Virus record (IMG/VR): IMGVR_UViG_3300032330_001444
Location: 1 to 53,037 of that record
Origin: a virus
Lineage: Duplodnaviria > Caudoviricetes
DNA: 53,037 bases
Strand: one strand, 5' to 3'
The position numbers were made by a program, and so were the translations under genes. Below, piece after piece: positions 8,006-18,231 of this stretch; the first letter of the stretch is position 1, and every line of letters begins with the position of its first letter. The notes beneath the pieces are model-generated. The model made no database searches, was not told the DNA's origin, and saw only the letters and a program-made list of their open reading frames with translations.

Positions 8006-10501
8006 ATGGCAGCAAATCCAAATAACGTAGATAATAGCATAAGTGACGCTATCAAGTCTCTAGAAAAATTACGTGGAAGTACACGGGCGTATGTGGAGAC
8101 TTGGGATGATGTAGGTAAGAAGATTAAAAATGCATTTAATCCTATTATTAATATAAATAAAAGTATTGAAGAATCACAGAAAAGACAAATAGCTTTACAA
8201 GTTGAAATAACTAAGCTAGAAAAGAAGGTGAGACCAGGTGTTCTTGATAGCAATTCTTTAAAACTAAAAGGTGCAAAAGATCAATTAGCAAAAGAAAAAT
8301 CCATTGAAGACAGCAAACACATACAGTCTCAATTGATAAAATTAACAATTGATGGTATTAAAATTTTATTGAAATATTATGATCGATATGATGTATTATT
8401 AAGCGAAAACGCTAAATTACAAGGCACATCAAAGGACGAAATACACAATCAATACAAAGCCGTACAAACTCTTAATAAATCAATTGATTCAAATAAATTA
8501 TCTAATCAAGAAATTTTATCAACTGTTACTGCTATACGTAAAAATTACGACGCAATCGCTTCAGACGCGTTGATAAAAATTGCAGACGGCGCAGCTGCAA
8601 TATCTCGGGCAACTGGTTTATCTGCGGATGAGTCTGCCAAATTTTATGAAACAATGGCTGAAATCGGAGGCACTAGTCTTCAGTCACAAAAAAATATGGA
8701 AGGAATTGCTAACTTGGCAGCAAAAGCGGCGGGAGTTCCTCTTGGTAAGTTAATAAAAGATGTTGCGAGTGCATCGACGGGTGTGCGTTTAATTTTTAAA
8801 GGAAATACAACCGAACTTATTAAACAGGCAGCCGAACTCAGAAAGATAGGATCTAGTTTAGATAATGCTGCTAAATCCGCTGAAAGTCTTTTGAATTTTG
8901 AATCGTCAATTGGTTCTGAATTAAAGTTAAGTGCTTTATTGGGTCAAAATATTAATTTTAATGAATCTCGTAGACTCTTTTTTGCTGGTAAAGTTGTAGA
9001 AGCAGAAAAGGCATTACAAAAAGAATTAGAAAGAGTCGGTGATTTAGATAAATTAAATTATTTTCAACGTAAAACTTTAGCAGAAGCAACAGGCAAAGAC
9101 TTTTCAGAGTTGCAAAAAATTCAAACACAGAAAAAGAGTCTTTTAGAAGCCGAACGTGAATTTCCAGAATTGGCAAAAGAAAGACTAAAAGCGGAAGAAG
9201 ATCTCGCTAAAATACAAAAGTCAGCATCTGAACAAAGAAAAGAAGAGCTTGCTTTGATTTTAAAAACGAAGATTGCAGAAACTCAGGTTAAACAAATAGA
9301 ACAAGCTAGAGCTGAAATATTCTATAATTTTGGTCGTATACTGAAACCAATTGCAGATTCTATAACAAAAATAGAATTATCTGTATTAAGATTTATTGGA
9401 TCTATTACAAGCGCGGGTAATGATACTGAAAAATTAGCGTATATTATTATGGGAAGTGTTACTGTAATGATTGGTGCGTTTTTCTTATTACAGAAAGGAG
9501 CTTCGGCCGCATTAAATGTTCTTTCTTCCGGTGTAGGAAATGCGGCTGCATCCGTTGGCACCGGAGTTGGAAACGGTTTGAGTAACGCTTCGCGCGGCAT
9601 TAGTACATTCGGAAAGGCATTGGCTGGATTTCCTATGAGTGCAATTGGAAAACTAGCATTAATAATGGGAATTTTAACCGTGTCTGTTATCGGAATGGCA
9701 TATGCCTTTAGTTTACTAGGAAACACCAGCGTTGGCCAAATACTTGCATTTTCAGCAGCTTTAGTAATATTAGGAGCTTCACTAGCTATTGCCGGCGCAT
9801 TGTTGACTGGCCCACAAATTGTAGGTGTATATTTGTTTGCTGGTGCATTAGTAGTATTAGGAATTGCTGCAATGGAGATGGGATTTGCTATGAAAATGGC
9901 AGGTCCAGCGTTAGAATCTATAGGCAAAACATTAAGTACACTGGCAAGTATCGTGGGTGGAGTAATTATAAAGGCATTTGATACCATGTTATCGGTATTT
10001 CAATCATTGCCGTCTGTTATAACAAGTGTAGCTACAAGTTTGGTAACAATATCAAATATTGGATTTGTAAAATTAACAGCTGCAGCTGCTGGGGTGACAT
10101 CTTTATCGACCTCAATAAAGTCTTTGGGTGAAAATCTTATAAATTTTCCAATAAGTCAACTTACTAATATGGTTTCACAATTAACATTATTGAGTCAATC
10201 TGCAGATGGTTTGTCATTTGCTGTAAATTCTTTGAAAGACTTATCGGCCATGGATTTACCAAGTTTGGATATGAATCTAAAGGGAGCGGAAAGTTTATCA
10301 AAGTCAGCTGAATCTAAAGAAAAACAAACGAATGAACTAAAAGAAGGACTTGTGGTAGTTGCGCAAAAAATTGAATTATTAACATCATTAATGGCAAATG
10401 GTGGTATTGCTGTAAATCTTGACGGTCAAAGAGTTAATGCTGCTTTATCTACAACAATGTTAAAATCTGGTGGATTTGGACAAGCAACAACTAGAGCTTG
10501 A
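8006..10501 (+). CDS. Tail tape measure protein
   Basis: 831 aa, Ala/Leu-rich helical, hydrophobic Gly/Ala-rich segments in the C-terminal half, V.LDG.RV end; follows the chaperone pair. Confidence 0.8.
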   Translation: MAANPNNVDNSISDAIKSLEKLRGSTRAYVETWDDVGKKIKNAFNPIININKSIEESQKRQIALQVEITKLEKKVRPGVLDSNSLKLKGAKDQLAKEKSIEDSKHIQSQLIKLTIDGIKILLKYYDRYDVLLSENAKLQGTSKDEIHNQYKAVQTLNKSIDSNKLSNQEILSTVTAIRKNYDAIASDALIKIADGAAAISRATGLSADESAKFYETMAEIGGTSLQSQKNMEGIANLAAKAAGVPLGKLIKDVASASTGVRLIFKGNTTELIKQAAELRKIGSSLDNAAKSAESLLNFESSIGSELKLSALLGQNINFNESRRLFFAGKVVEAEKALQKELERVGDLDKLNYFQRKTLAEATGKDFSELQKIQTQKKSLLEAEREFPELAKERLKAEEDLAKIQKSASEQRKEELALILKTKIAETQVKQIEQARAEIFYNFGRILKPIADSITKIELSVLRFIGSITSAGNDTEKLAYIIMGSVTVMIGAFFLLQKGASAALNVLSSGVGNAAASVGTGVGNGLSNASRGISTFGKALAGFPMSAIGKLALIMGILTVSVIGMAYAFSLLGNTSVGQILAFSAALVILGASLAIAGALLTGPQIVGVYLFAGALVVLGIAAMEMGFAMKMAGPALESIGKTLSTLASIVGGVIIKAFDTMLSVFQSLPSVITSVATSLVTISNIGFVKLTAAAAGVTSLSTSIKSLGENLINFPISQLTNMVSQLTLLSQSADGLSFAVNSLKDLSAMDLPSLDMNLKGAESLSKSAESKEKQTNELKEGLVVVAQKIELLTSLMANGGIAVNLDGQRVNAALSTTMLKSGGFGQATTRA

Positions 10502-10516
10502 TACTATTTATAATCA

Positions 10517-13108
10517 ATGGCAAATAGTAATACATACGCTGAAGGATACGGTAATGCTGGTACGCAAATTACCACATATGATAATATTCAGGGAGCTGGA
10601 TTAAGACTACCAGTTCCAACCCAAGACTTTATCAATATCAGATCTCCTGGTAAAATCGAAAGATTATTTACCACGGCGGGAAACAGTACTGTATTATATA
10701 ATCAAAATAAACCACAAGATCTATATCTAAAAGGTCCAATGGCTAGTCAAATGTTTATATACAAAAACATTGAAGAAGGCCAACGAAACAAAGTTACTAC
10801 AGTATTTCAAGCATCAAGGCAAGATGGTACAAGAGTAAGAAAATTTCTAGGAAGCTCTGCTGGTACTCGTTTTATATTAAAACAACTTGTATTACAAGGA
10901 TTTCAACCATTTGATGAAACCAAAGTATACAATCCAGCTTCTCCAATTATAGCTGCACTTAGACTTGCATCATTTGGATTGGTTGATAGACCAACCAGAC
11001 ACTTAGATACAAGTAACATAGTTGGTGGATTATTAGGCGGAAGTGGATTGGGTTCTATAGCTAGAACAGTTGGTGGTTTATTTGGTGGAGGCGGACCAGC
11101 TGTACCATCTCCCCCAAGAAGTAGTGTGGCTAGTGGAGCCAGTGGCGGATTTGGGGTTTCAACATTTACATCTTTATTGGGAGGAGCAGATAACTCGGAT
11201 AGAGTAGTAGCCCCTCTAGCTAGACCAGATGTAAGAGATTTATTGAGAGGTCAAACTGCTACAAATGCTTATAACGCTCCTAGATATAGTAAATTAGTAT
11301 CCGCTGGAGGAGGGGGATTCTTTAAAAAATTGTTAGGAGCAGCAGGCAGTTTCTTACAAAATAATACTTTATTGGGTGGTATTGTACCTCCCAAACAACC
11401 ATGGAAAGCTAATTATCGTGCAGACGAACAAACATATGATTTGTATCTAAATGCTGGTGCGTTGTTTGACGATTCTGGTATTACCCCAACGAAAAGTGGC
11501 GGCATTTTAAGTGGATTGAAGAAAACATTGGGTATAGGAACAAATCAAAAATTCACTGGATTAAAGGTAAAACAAAGATTTTATCATGGAACTACCAATC
11601 CGTCTTCGATGCTTAGAAACGATTTTTATATAAAAACATATGGAAATCAAGAACAACAAAAATCAGTTGGTGTTGTTACATTTCAAGGAAGTGTCAATTC
11701 TAGTAACGTAAATCCAGTGCCAAGTTCTGATTTTCAAGATCAAGCACTTAATAGATTTAAAGGCGAGGTTAAAGTAGATGGGGTACCTACGATTAGATTA
11801 AAATACACTGATGTAGTTAAAGCTGACAGAGACACAGGTACGTTTATAGAACAAAGCGATCAGTTATTAAACTATAAAGTGTTGATTGAAAATTCAAAAC
11901 TTTTACCAGATACATTTAGTGATCAAACAAAGACTCCAACTGATTTAATTATTGCCAATTTAAATAAAGTTGTTGATAATATAGCTGGTAACCCTGCAAA
12001 CAATTTATATAATGTTGATTTCAATGGTTTAAAAAATGCAAGACCATTACAATTTGCTAAATACGATCAACCAGTAGCTGTTGGTATGGATTATCTAAAA
12101 GACGTAAAGACTACATATACTGATAAATTTAGCACAGATGCAAATCAACTGAACTTTCCAACAAGATTGGGAAGAAAAGCTGGTAAAGATAGATTTATAC
12201 AACCAACCCACAACGTTGATTATGTAAACTCATTGGATGTATTAAATCAAGCTCAATTTGATAAGCAATACGGAGATGGATCTGATTATAAAGGTTTCGG
12301 TCCTGATATTATTAAGTTTTATTTCTATGATATTGTCAATCAAAAATACATACCATTTAGCGCAACTGTGAAAGGTATACAAGATAGTAATACGGCTGAA
12401 TGGGAAACAATAGAATATTTAGGTAGACCAGACAAACTATATTACTATAAAGGATTTACCCGAGAAGTAAGTTTCAACTTTACAGTAAATGCACACAGCG
12501 TCAAAGAATTGATGCCTATGTGGTCAAGAATAAACTATTTGACTAGTTTGACAAAACCAGCTAATTACACTGAAGCTGCGACCGGTGGTTTTATGGTTCC
12601 TCCGATGGTACAATTAACGCTTGGAGATTTTTATAAAAATCACTTTGTTGTTATTAAGAGTTGCAATGTCAATATACCAGACGATGCTTCTTGGGAGACA
12701 ATTCCTGAGAATATGAGTTCTCCAAACGATATGTGGAGTTGGGGATCCAATAGAGCATATAAGTGGGCTAGTAACGATAATTTATTAAGCCCTAGAGGCG
12801 ATAAAGATAGTTCTCTTGGCAGATTTGCACAATTTCCAAGAACAGCAGATATTAGCATTCAAATGGCAGTTATGGAAAAAGACAGACCAAAAGCAGGAAG
12901 ATCTGCTTGGGGAAATGCTCCAGTTGCGATTGTTAACGGGGGAGACTTTTACGGAACTGTTAATAGAAACAGAGTAGATCTTTATAGAGATTACAATTTC
13001 TCAACGAATATAAGATACGACACAGATTTAGAAGCGTTTTCTGCTGCTACTCAACAACTAACTGGTCAACAACCAACTGTTACAGTACAACAACCAAATA
13101 ACCCATGA
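10517..13108 (+). CDS. Baseplate/tail-tube initiator-like protein
   Basis: C-terminal PF.A...I.DS..AEW....YLGR.D..Y.YKGF.R.VSF.F and PPMVQLT.GD motifs, typical of gp48/gp54-like tube-fold domains; follows the tape measure gene. Confidence 0.6.
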   Translation: MANSNTYAEGYGNAGTQITTYDNIQGAGLRLPVPTQDFINIRSPGKIERLFTTAGNSTVLYNQNKPQDLYLKGPMASQMFIYKNIEEGQRNKVTTVFQASRQDGTRVRKFLGSSAGTRFILKQLVLQGFQPFDETKVYNPASPIIAALRLASFGLVDRPTRHLDTSNIVGGLLGGSGLGSIARTVGGLFGGGGPAVPSPPRSSVASGASGGFGVSTFTSLLGGADNSDRVVAPLARPDVRDLLRGQTATNAYNAPRYSKLVSAGGGGFFKKLLGAAGSFLQNNTLLGGIVPPKQPWKANYRADEQTYDLYLNAGALFDDSGITPTKSGGILSGLKKTLGIGTNQKFTGLKVKQRFYHGTTNPSSMLRNDFYIKTYGNQEQQKSVGVVTFQGSVNSSNVNPVPSSDFQDQALNRFKGEVKVDGVPTIRLKYTDVVKADRDTGTFIEQSDQLLNYKVLIENSKLLPDTFSDQTKTPTDLIIANLNKVVDNIAGNPANNLYNVDFNGLKNARPLQFAKYDQPVAVGMDYLKDVKTTYTDKFSTDANQLNFPTRLGRKAGKDRFIQPTHNVDYVNSLDVLNQAQFDKQYGDGSDYKGFGPDIIKFYFYDIVNQKYIPFSATVKGIQDSNTAEWETIEYLGRPDKLYYYKGFTREVSFNFTVNAHSVKELMPMWSRINYLTSLTKPANYTEAATGGFMVPPMVQLTLGDFYKNHFVVIKSCNVNIPDDASWETIPENMSSPNDMWSWGSNRAYKWASNDNLLSPRGDKDSSLGRFAQFPRTADISIQMAVMEKDRPKAGRSAWGNAPVAIVNGGDFYGTVNRNRVDLYRDYNFSTNIRYDTDLEAFSAATQQLTGQQPTVTVQQPNNP

Positions 13109-13395
13109 GATATCAATTTACTCCAGTAGAAAAAAGATGGGATGGTAAAAACGTTTATAAAACTACATATTATCCAGATATACCTGAGTCATATGATGAT
13201 TTTTACATTACCGCAAGTGAAACTGACTATTTAGATAGTATAGCTAAGAAATACTACGGCGATGAAAATTTGTGGTGGATAATTGCTAAAGCAAATAAAT
13301 TGCCTGGTTATCAATTATCAGTAGGAGTTAGTAGACAGTTACGCATTCCTGCTAATGTTGCTAGTATACTAAATCAATTGAAGAACTTAAATTAA
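13105..13395 (+). CDS. LysM-like baseplate wedge protein (gp53/tail X-like)
   Basis: DYLDSIAKKYYGDENLWWIIAKAN...QLRIP. Confidence 0.8.
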   Translation: MRYQFTPVEKRWDGKNVYKTTYYPDIPESYDDFYITASETDYLDSIAKKYYGDENLWWIIAKANKLPGYQLSVGVSRQLRIPANVASILNQLKNLN

Positions 13396-13399
13396 TGTT

Positions 13400-16300
13400 A
13401 TGGCAAAAAACGGAGAAATTACAGATACAACTCCATTATGGTGGGAAATACAAAATATTCCAACTGAAGTTGTAAGAGAATTAAGAAGAAGAAGTAATAC
13501 CAACAATATTGGTATGAACATTCCTACTCCATTTATAAACACTACTTTTAATTTTGAACAAAACTATAAAGACTATAAAGGACCAATGACCCCATGGGTC
13601 AGAGTATTCAGTAATGGTACCGGAAAGTCTATAAATGGAATGGTTCCGAGAAGTGCTTATTTAAACAAAAAATATGTAGAAAAAGATTATAATGGTTTTA
13701 TTCTAAAAGGAGGCGATGGTTTTTTTGACGCATTCGGATATAGTCAAAATAAACCACTTACCGATAAATTTGCAATTATAGGATATGAAGCTGATGGAAT
13801 TACTCCTCATTATATAGACAATACTTATCGAAGTCAATTGAACTACGAAACGATGGAAAATACACGAAATTTTCCGCAGAATAGTCAAATATCTCCTATA
13901 ATTCCTCCGCCAGGAATAGTAAGTGTTAGTGTAAAACAAAGCAAAGAACTTTTGACTTATGCCAGTATTAAGTTTAAATGTTATGGCATTGCACAACTTG
14001 AATATTTAACTCCGTTCTTTTTTACAGCTGGAATTAATCTCTTCGTTGAATTTGGTTGGAATCTTTTTAATCAAAAATCACTTGTTAATCTTGCTAATTT
14101 AAAAGAGTGTTGGGAGTTGGTATATAAACCACAAACTGCTTTGGATCGTTCAAATAAATCCAATGGTAATTATGGATGTGTAACTGGAATTATAACAAAG
14201 TATTCATTTACCACAACCGATGGATTTGTTTATGATTGCAATGTTGATATGACATCCAGACAAGGAATGTTTGCTGGAATGAGAACTGATAATAATGCTA
14301 AAATAGCAACAACAACTTCAGCTAATGCAAATGATCAAAACAACATTGAATTTTTAGATTTAAGAACATTTGTACGTACTTATTTGCCCTCTATAAATGA
14401 TGTAATGAGAGAAAGTCAAACTATTTCTCCAAACGTAAATAATAGTCAAGCAAACTTTTTGAATTATATAGTCGATAAAATTAATATGATTCCAAAAAAC
14501 AAAATTGAAAAAGATGCACTTGCGAATCAAGAACAGTTGGCTAAGAGCAAACAAAATGTACAAGCTATTGTTACTACAAAATTTGCAGGAAGTAATTCTA
14601 CTTTATTTTATGGTGGTAAACCTGAAGATAGAGTTTTTGCTGGAAGATTAGAAGAATATTATAGAGCTAAAAAGAAACCAGATGGAAAATCAGATGTTAT
14701 AAATTATGGATCTGTAAAACCAGATGCACAAATATACACACAGTTATCATTTGTTGACGATAAAACAGATTTTGATGCAAAAGATGGTGCAACAGAAGTC
14801 TGGATGCAATTAGACTTTGTATTTGAATTGGTAAATCTATTCATGGCAAATTCAAATAGTAAACAATTCTTGGTAGATATTAGTGATATAATCATAAGCG
14901 CACATCCAAATTTGATATCTTGTGACAAAAATGTATTGATACCAAATCCAATTTCTCCAAAAATAAACAGAGGATCTCCGTATAAAAAAGGTAATCCAAA
15001 TAGCGGATATCTTAAAGGAGAAAATGCAGCTGCTTTTTCTACAATACAAGATGCATTTGCTGAGAAAATTTTTGGCGAGACATTTGCTTATAACACAACG
15101 TCTGGAAATGCATTTTTAAACCAACAACAAGATATTACAGTACCTCGTAATGATCAACTTGAACAAAAATACAAGAAAGCTGTTGATGAAGGAACTCTTA
15201 CAGAATTTTACAGAGACTTAAAAATTGAAGAGAGTTTGTACTTTGCTGCAAATGCTGCAAAAAAGACGTTTAAAACAAGTGGTAGATATAGAGATAATAT
15301 TGATAGTGTGATCAATTATTTATATTATCATAGTGTGAATTCTAACAAAGAAGCATCAGCATCATTTCCATTTGCGGAAGATGTGCAAGTTATTCGACCA
15401 AACAAATTCAAACAGCCTACAAAAGTTCCATACAAAAAATATTATTTTGGGTATTTAAAAAACATTTATATTAGCAAAACCAAGTTTATTGATATTGTAA
15501 ATTCATCTGAAACCAAAAATTACAAACAATTTATTAACGCAATTCTAAATACTATAAATGATGCAACTGATGGTTTTTGGAAATTTGATATTGTGGAAGG
15601 AAAAGATCAAAACGACAATTCTACACTATCTATAGTAGATAAAAATATGGTTAACTTTGACATATTACGTGAAGTGTATATGTTTGAGTTGGGTAGAACA
15701 AACAACGTTATAAAGAGCATAAATTTCGATGTTAGTTTAACAAATGAACAAGCTATAAACGTTATGTTTGGCGGACAAAACTCGAAGAATTCAAAAACCA
15801 ATATAACCGATAAAATAAGTAAAGCTCAGAGTGTGGATCAACTAAACGCTGCTTTGTATGATTTGAACAATATACCATTTATGAAGTTTGTTGATAGAAT
15901 GGATAAATTTCAACTTGGTTTAATGGCATCACAACAAAGTGGATCTATTGCTACTGCTAACACATTGGTACCTGGTACTACATCTGGAATAGAAAATGAC
16001 AATAATGCGATAGCTGATTTACAATCTTATGGACCAAAGGAAAAAAGCGGAGTGTTGTGTATTACAACAAAACAAGTATCAGGAACTTATATTGGAGGAT
16101 TGAAGAGTGGGGCTGATTCAAACGCATTTACAGAATTAACGGATGATACCAGAAATAGAAAGAATCATAAGTATTTGTGTTTACCATCTGATATGAAATG
16201 TAAATTAACACAAATGATGAATGATGATGACTTTAAAAACAATAGTGCAAAATATAGTGGCGTTGCTGATAACTTTACTGTAACTATAAAGTTTGATGGA

Positions 16301-16486
16301 ATATTCTCATTTAGAAATTTACAAGTATTTGCAATAAGCAATCTTCCTAAGCCATATGTGCCTGGAAACGTTATATTTCAAATATTGGAAGTGGATCATG
16401 AAATAAGCAATGGTAAATGGGAAACCACTGTTAATGCATTGGTTAGATGTATTGGTTCGTCTAAACTAGAATATGTAACTGTATGA
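13400..16486 (+). CDS. Large baseplate hub protein (putative)
   Basis: 1028 aa in the baseplate module; PPPGI.SV.V, VEFGW, and a C-terminal DGI..F....F....LP..Y....FQI.EV.H.I..GKWET pattern. Confidence 0.55.
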   Translation: MAKNGEITDTTPLWWEIQNIPTEVVRELRRRSNTNNIGMNIPTPFINTTFNFEQNYKDYKGPMTPWVRVFSNGTGKSINGMVPRSAYLNKKYVEKDYNGFILKGGDGFFDAFGYSQNKPLTDKFAIIGYEADGITPHYIDNTYRSQLNYETMENTRNFPQNSQISPIIPPPGIVSVSVKQSKELLTYASIKFKCYGIAQLEYLTPFFFTAGINLFVEFGWNLFNQKSLVNLANLKECWELVYKPQTALDRSNKSNGNYGCVTGIITKYSFTTTDGFVYDCNVDMTSRQGMFAGMRTDNNAKIATTTSANANDQNNIEFLDLRTFVRTYLPSINDVMRESQTISPNVNNSQANFLNYIVDKINMIPKNKIEKDALANQEQLAKSKQNVQAIVTTKFAGSNSTLFYGGKPEDRVFAGRLEEYYRAKKKPDGKSDVINYGSVKPDAQIYTQLSFVDDKTDFDAKDGATEVWMQLDFVFELVNLFMANSNSKQFLVDISDIIISAHPNLISCDKNVLIPNPISPKINRGSPYKKGNPNSGYLKGENAAAFSTIQDAFAEKIFGETFAYNTTSGNAFLNQQQDITVPRNDQLEQKYKKAVDEGTLTEFYRDLKIEESLYFAANAAKKTFKTSGRYRDNIDSVINYLYYHSVNSNKEASASFPFAEDVQVIRPNKFKQPTKVPYKKYYFGYLKNIYISKTKFIDIVNSSETKNYKQFINAILNTINDATDGFWKFDIVEGKDQNDNSTLSIVDKNMVNFDILREVYMFELGRTNNVIKSINFDVSLTNEQAINVMFGGQNSKNSKTNITDKISKAQSVDQLNAALYDLNNIPFMKFVDRMDKFQLGLMASQQSGSIATANTLVPGTTSGIENDNNAIADLQSYGPKEKSGVLCITTKQVSGTYIGGLKSGADSNAFTELTDDTRNRKNHKYLCLPSDMKCKLTQMMNDDDFKNNSAKYSGVADNFTVTIKFDGIFSFRNLQVFAISNLPKPYVPGNVIFQILEVDHEISNGKWETTVNALVRCIGSSKLEYVTV

Positions 16487-16869
16487 TATACGATACTCCA
16501 AATAGTGTTAAAAACATAGTAGGACTTGGTAGTTTTGATTTTGCAAAACCTGCTACCTATATTCCTAATATAACGCAAAATGATTATGATCGTGGTTATA
16601 TTGATAGATTCTTTGTTGCTAGAATTAATTATTTTGATATTATAGAAACGAACTACAAAGACTATAATGTAGCTAATACTAGTTATTTTATAAAAACCAA
16701 GATAGATTGGAAAATAACAGGTCCAGAGTTTAACACATATATTGGTAAAACACTTCAAGAAACAGGCGTAGTTAACTACAATAATTTTAGAATTCGTGAT
16801 GCTCAATTATACATTAAAAATATTAATATTATTTTGAATAACCCAAAACAATTTTGGCGTGGGTTTTAA
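16483..16869 (+). CDS. Hypothetical phage protein (baseplate-module associated)
   Basis: 128 aa, DYDRGYI.RFF and I.WKITG motifs; ATGA overlap with the upstream gene. Confidence 0.6.
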   Translation: MIYDTPNSVKNIVGLGSFDFAKPATYIPNITQNDYDRGYIDRFFVARINYFDIIETNYKDYNVANTSYFIKTKIDWKITGPEFNTYIGKTLQETGVVNYNNFRIRDAQLYIKNINIILNNPKQFWRGF

Positions 16870-16871
16870 TC

Positions 16872-16899
16872 TTGACTCTATACAATTATAGGGTAAAGT
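16872..16899 (+). promoter_or_regulatory. Sigma70-type promoter, probably giving a leaderless polymerase mRNA
   Basis: TTGACT-N16-TAAAGT; the GTG start at 16906 lies 7 nt after the -10 box. Confidence 0.5.
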
Positions 16900-16905
16900 G
16901 AGAGT

Positions 16906-18204
16906 GTGAAGTACAGTTCCAAAATCTATTTAAAACTAATAACTAAAGATAATAATTGTCATAATAAGAACAATTCGATTATCGCTGCATTTGTTTATGA
17001 TTTTGGAACCCAACGTAAACATTACTATAACTTCACACATGGAGATGTGATTGCAGATTCGACGTTCGAAGATTTTAAGAAAGAAATAGAATCGAGGAAA
17101 TACACGATATATGTAAATAATAAAAAAACATATAAATACTGGTTGAATTGTAAACTAATAGATGTGAATTTATTTGGTTTTATAAAAAATAACGAAACAA
17201 TTGACGAGTGTTCTTCCACAACCAAAGATTATTTGAATAGATCGCATCGTAACATTAATGATTTTAACTTAATAGTTCCGTACATAAGTCATCAAGAATG
17301 TTTTGATGATGAAGTAGAATTAATATGTGATCTACACGAAGCTGATACAGATACTTACTGTTTTAAGTTTTTCAATGATATTATTACAGATACATTATTT
17401 GAAGTTGAAAAGAATGGTTTAAAAGTTGATGTGGATATATTTAAACAGCACTTTAAAGCTCGTACATATGATGGATTTGTGTATACTAGTTATAACATTT
17501 ACAATCCAACGGGTAGGCCAAGTAATGCTTATGATAACATAAATTATGTAGCTCTAAAGAAAGATGATGGTTCACGTAATAGTTTTGTGTCGAGATATGG
17601 AGCCAATGGTCATTTAATGATGATTGATTTTACTGGATTTCATCCATACATCGTGGCGAATTTGATTGATTATAAAGTTCCCGAAGAAGAGACTATTTAT
17701 GAACATCTTGGAAAACAATACTTTAATGTAGACGAAGTTACGTCGGATATTATTGCTAAGTCCAAGAAATTGACTATGGTTAATCTATATGGACAGATTT
17801 CTCAACAATATTGTGATATACCATATTTTGCTAAAGTGGAGACTTTAAAGAATAAGTACTGGGAAACATTTCAGAAAAAAGGATACATAACTACTCCCAT
17901 CTATAAAAGAAAGATATCAGACAAACACATTTTAGATCCAAACAAAAACAAATTATTTGCTTATATTATTCAAGCTGCTGAAACTGAACATGGAATCGAT
18001 AGTTTGGGTAAATGTATTAAGTTTGTAAGCAATAAGAGAATAGTACCAATTCTGTATGTATATGATTCTATTGTATTCGACATACATAATGATGAAGATA
18101 ATCAGAACGTATTAGACTTAATTGAGATTTTCAAGAACAAACGGTTCAAAGTAAAGACTTATCGGGGAAATAATTACAATGATTTGAAATTAGTCAATTT
18201 ATAA
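16906..18204 (+). CDS. polA: Short, divergent family A DNA polymerase
   Basis: TGRPSN...N, motif A MIDFTGFHP, motif B SKKLTMVNLYG, IIQAAE, motif C LYVYDSIVFD; 432 aa with no recognisable intact exonuclease domain. Confidence 0.8.
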   Translation: MKYSSKIYLKLITKDNNCHNKNNSIIAAFVYDFGTQRKHYYNFTHGDVIADSTFEDFKKEIESRKYTIYVNNKKTYKYWLNCKLIDVNLFGFIKNNETIDECSSTTKDYLNRSHRNINDFNLIVPYISHQECFDDEVELICDLHEADTDTYCFKFFNDIITDTLFEVEKNGLKVDVDIFKQHFKARTYDGFVYTSYNIYNPTGRPSNAYDNINYVALKKDDGSRNSFVSRYGANGHLMMIDFTGFHPYIVANLIDYKVPEEETIYEHLGKQYFNVDEVTSDIIAKSKKLTMVNLYGQISQQYCDIPYFAKVETLKNKYWETFQKKGYITTPIYKRKISDKHILDPNKNKLFAYIIQAAETEHGIDSLGKCIKFVSNKRIVPILYVYDSIVFDIHNDEDNQNVLDLIEIFKNKRFKVKTYRGNNYNDLKLVNL

Positions 18205-18231
18205 ATATATTTATATCTATATTTATAATAG

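Noticed and set aside
9322-9987. 221-aa antisense ORF in the tape measure gene (and similar antisense ORFs such as 1228..1647 and 7363..7767)
   Set aside because: Fully nested opposite well-supported genes, no motifs, explained by codon bias.
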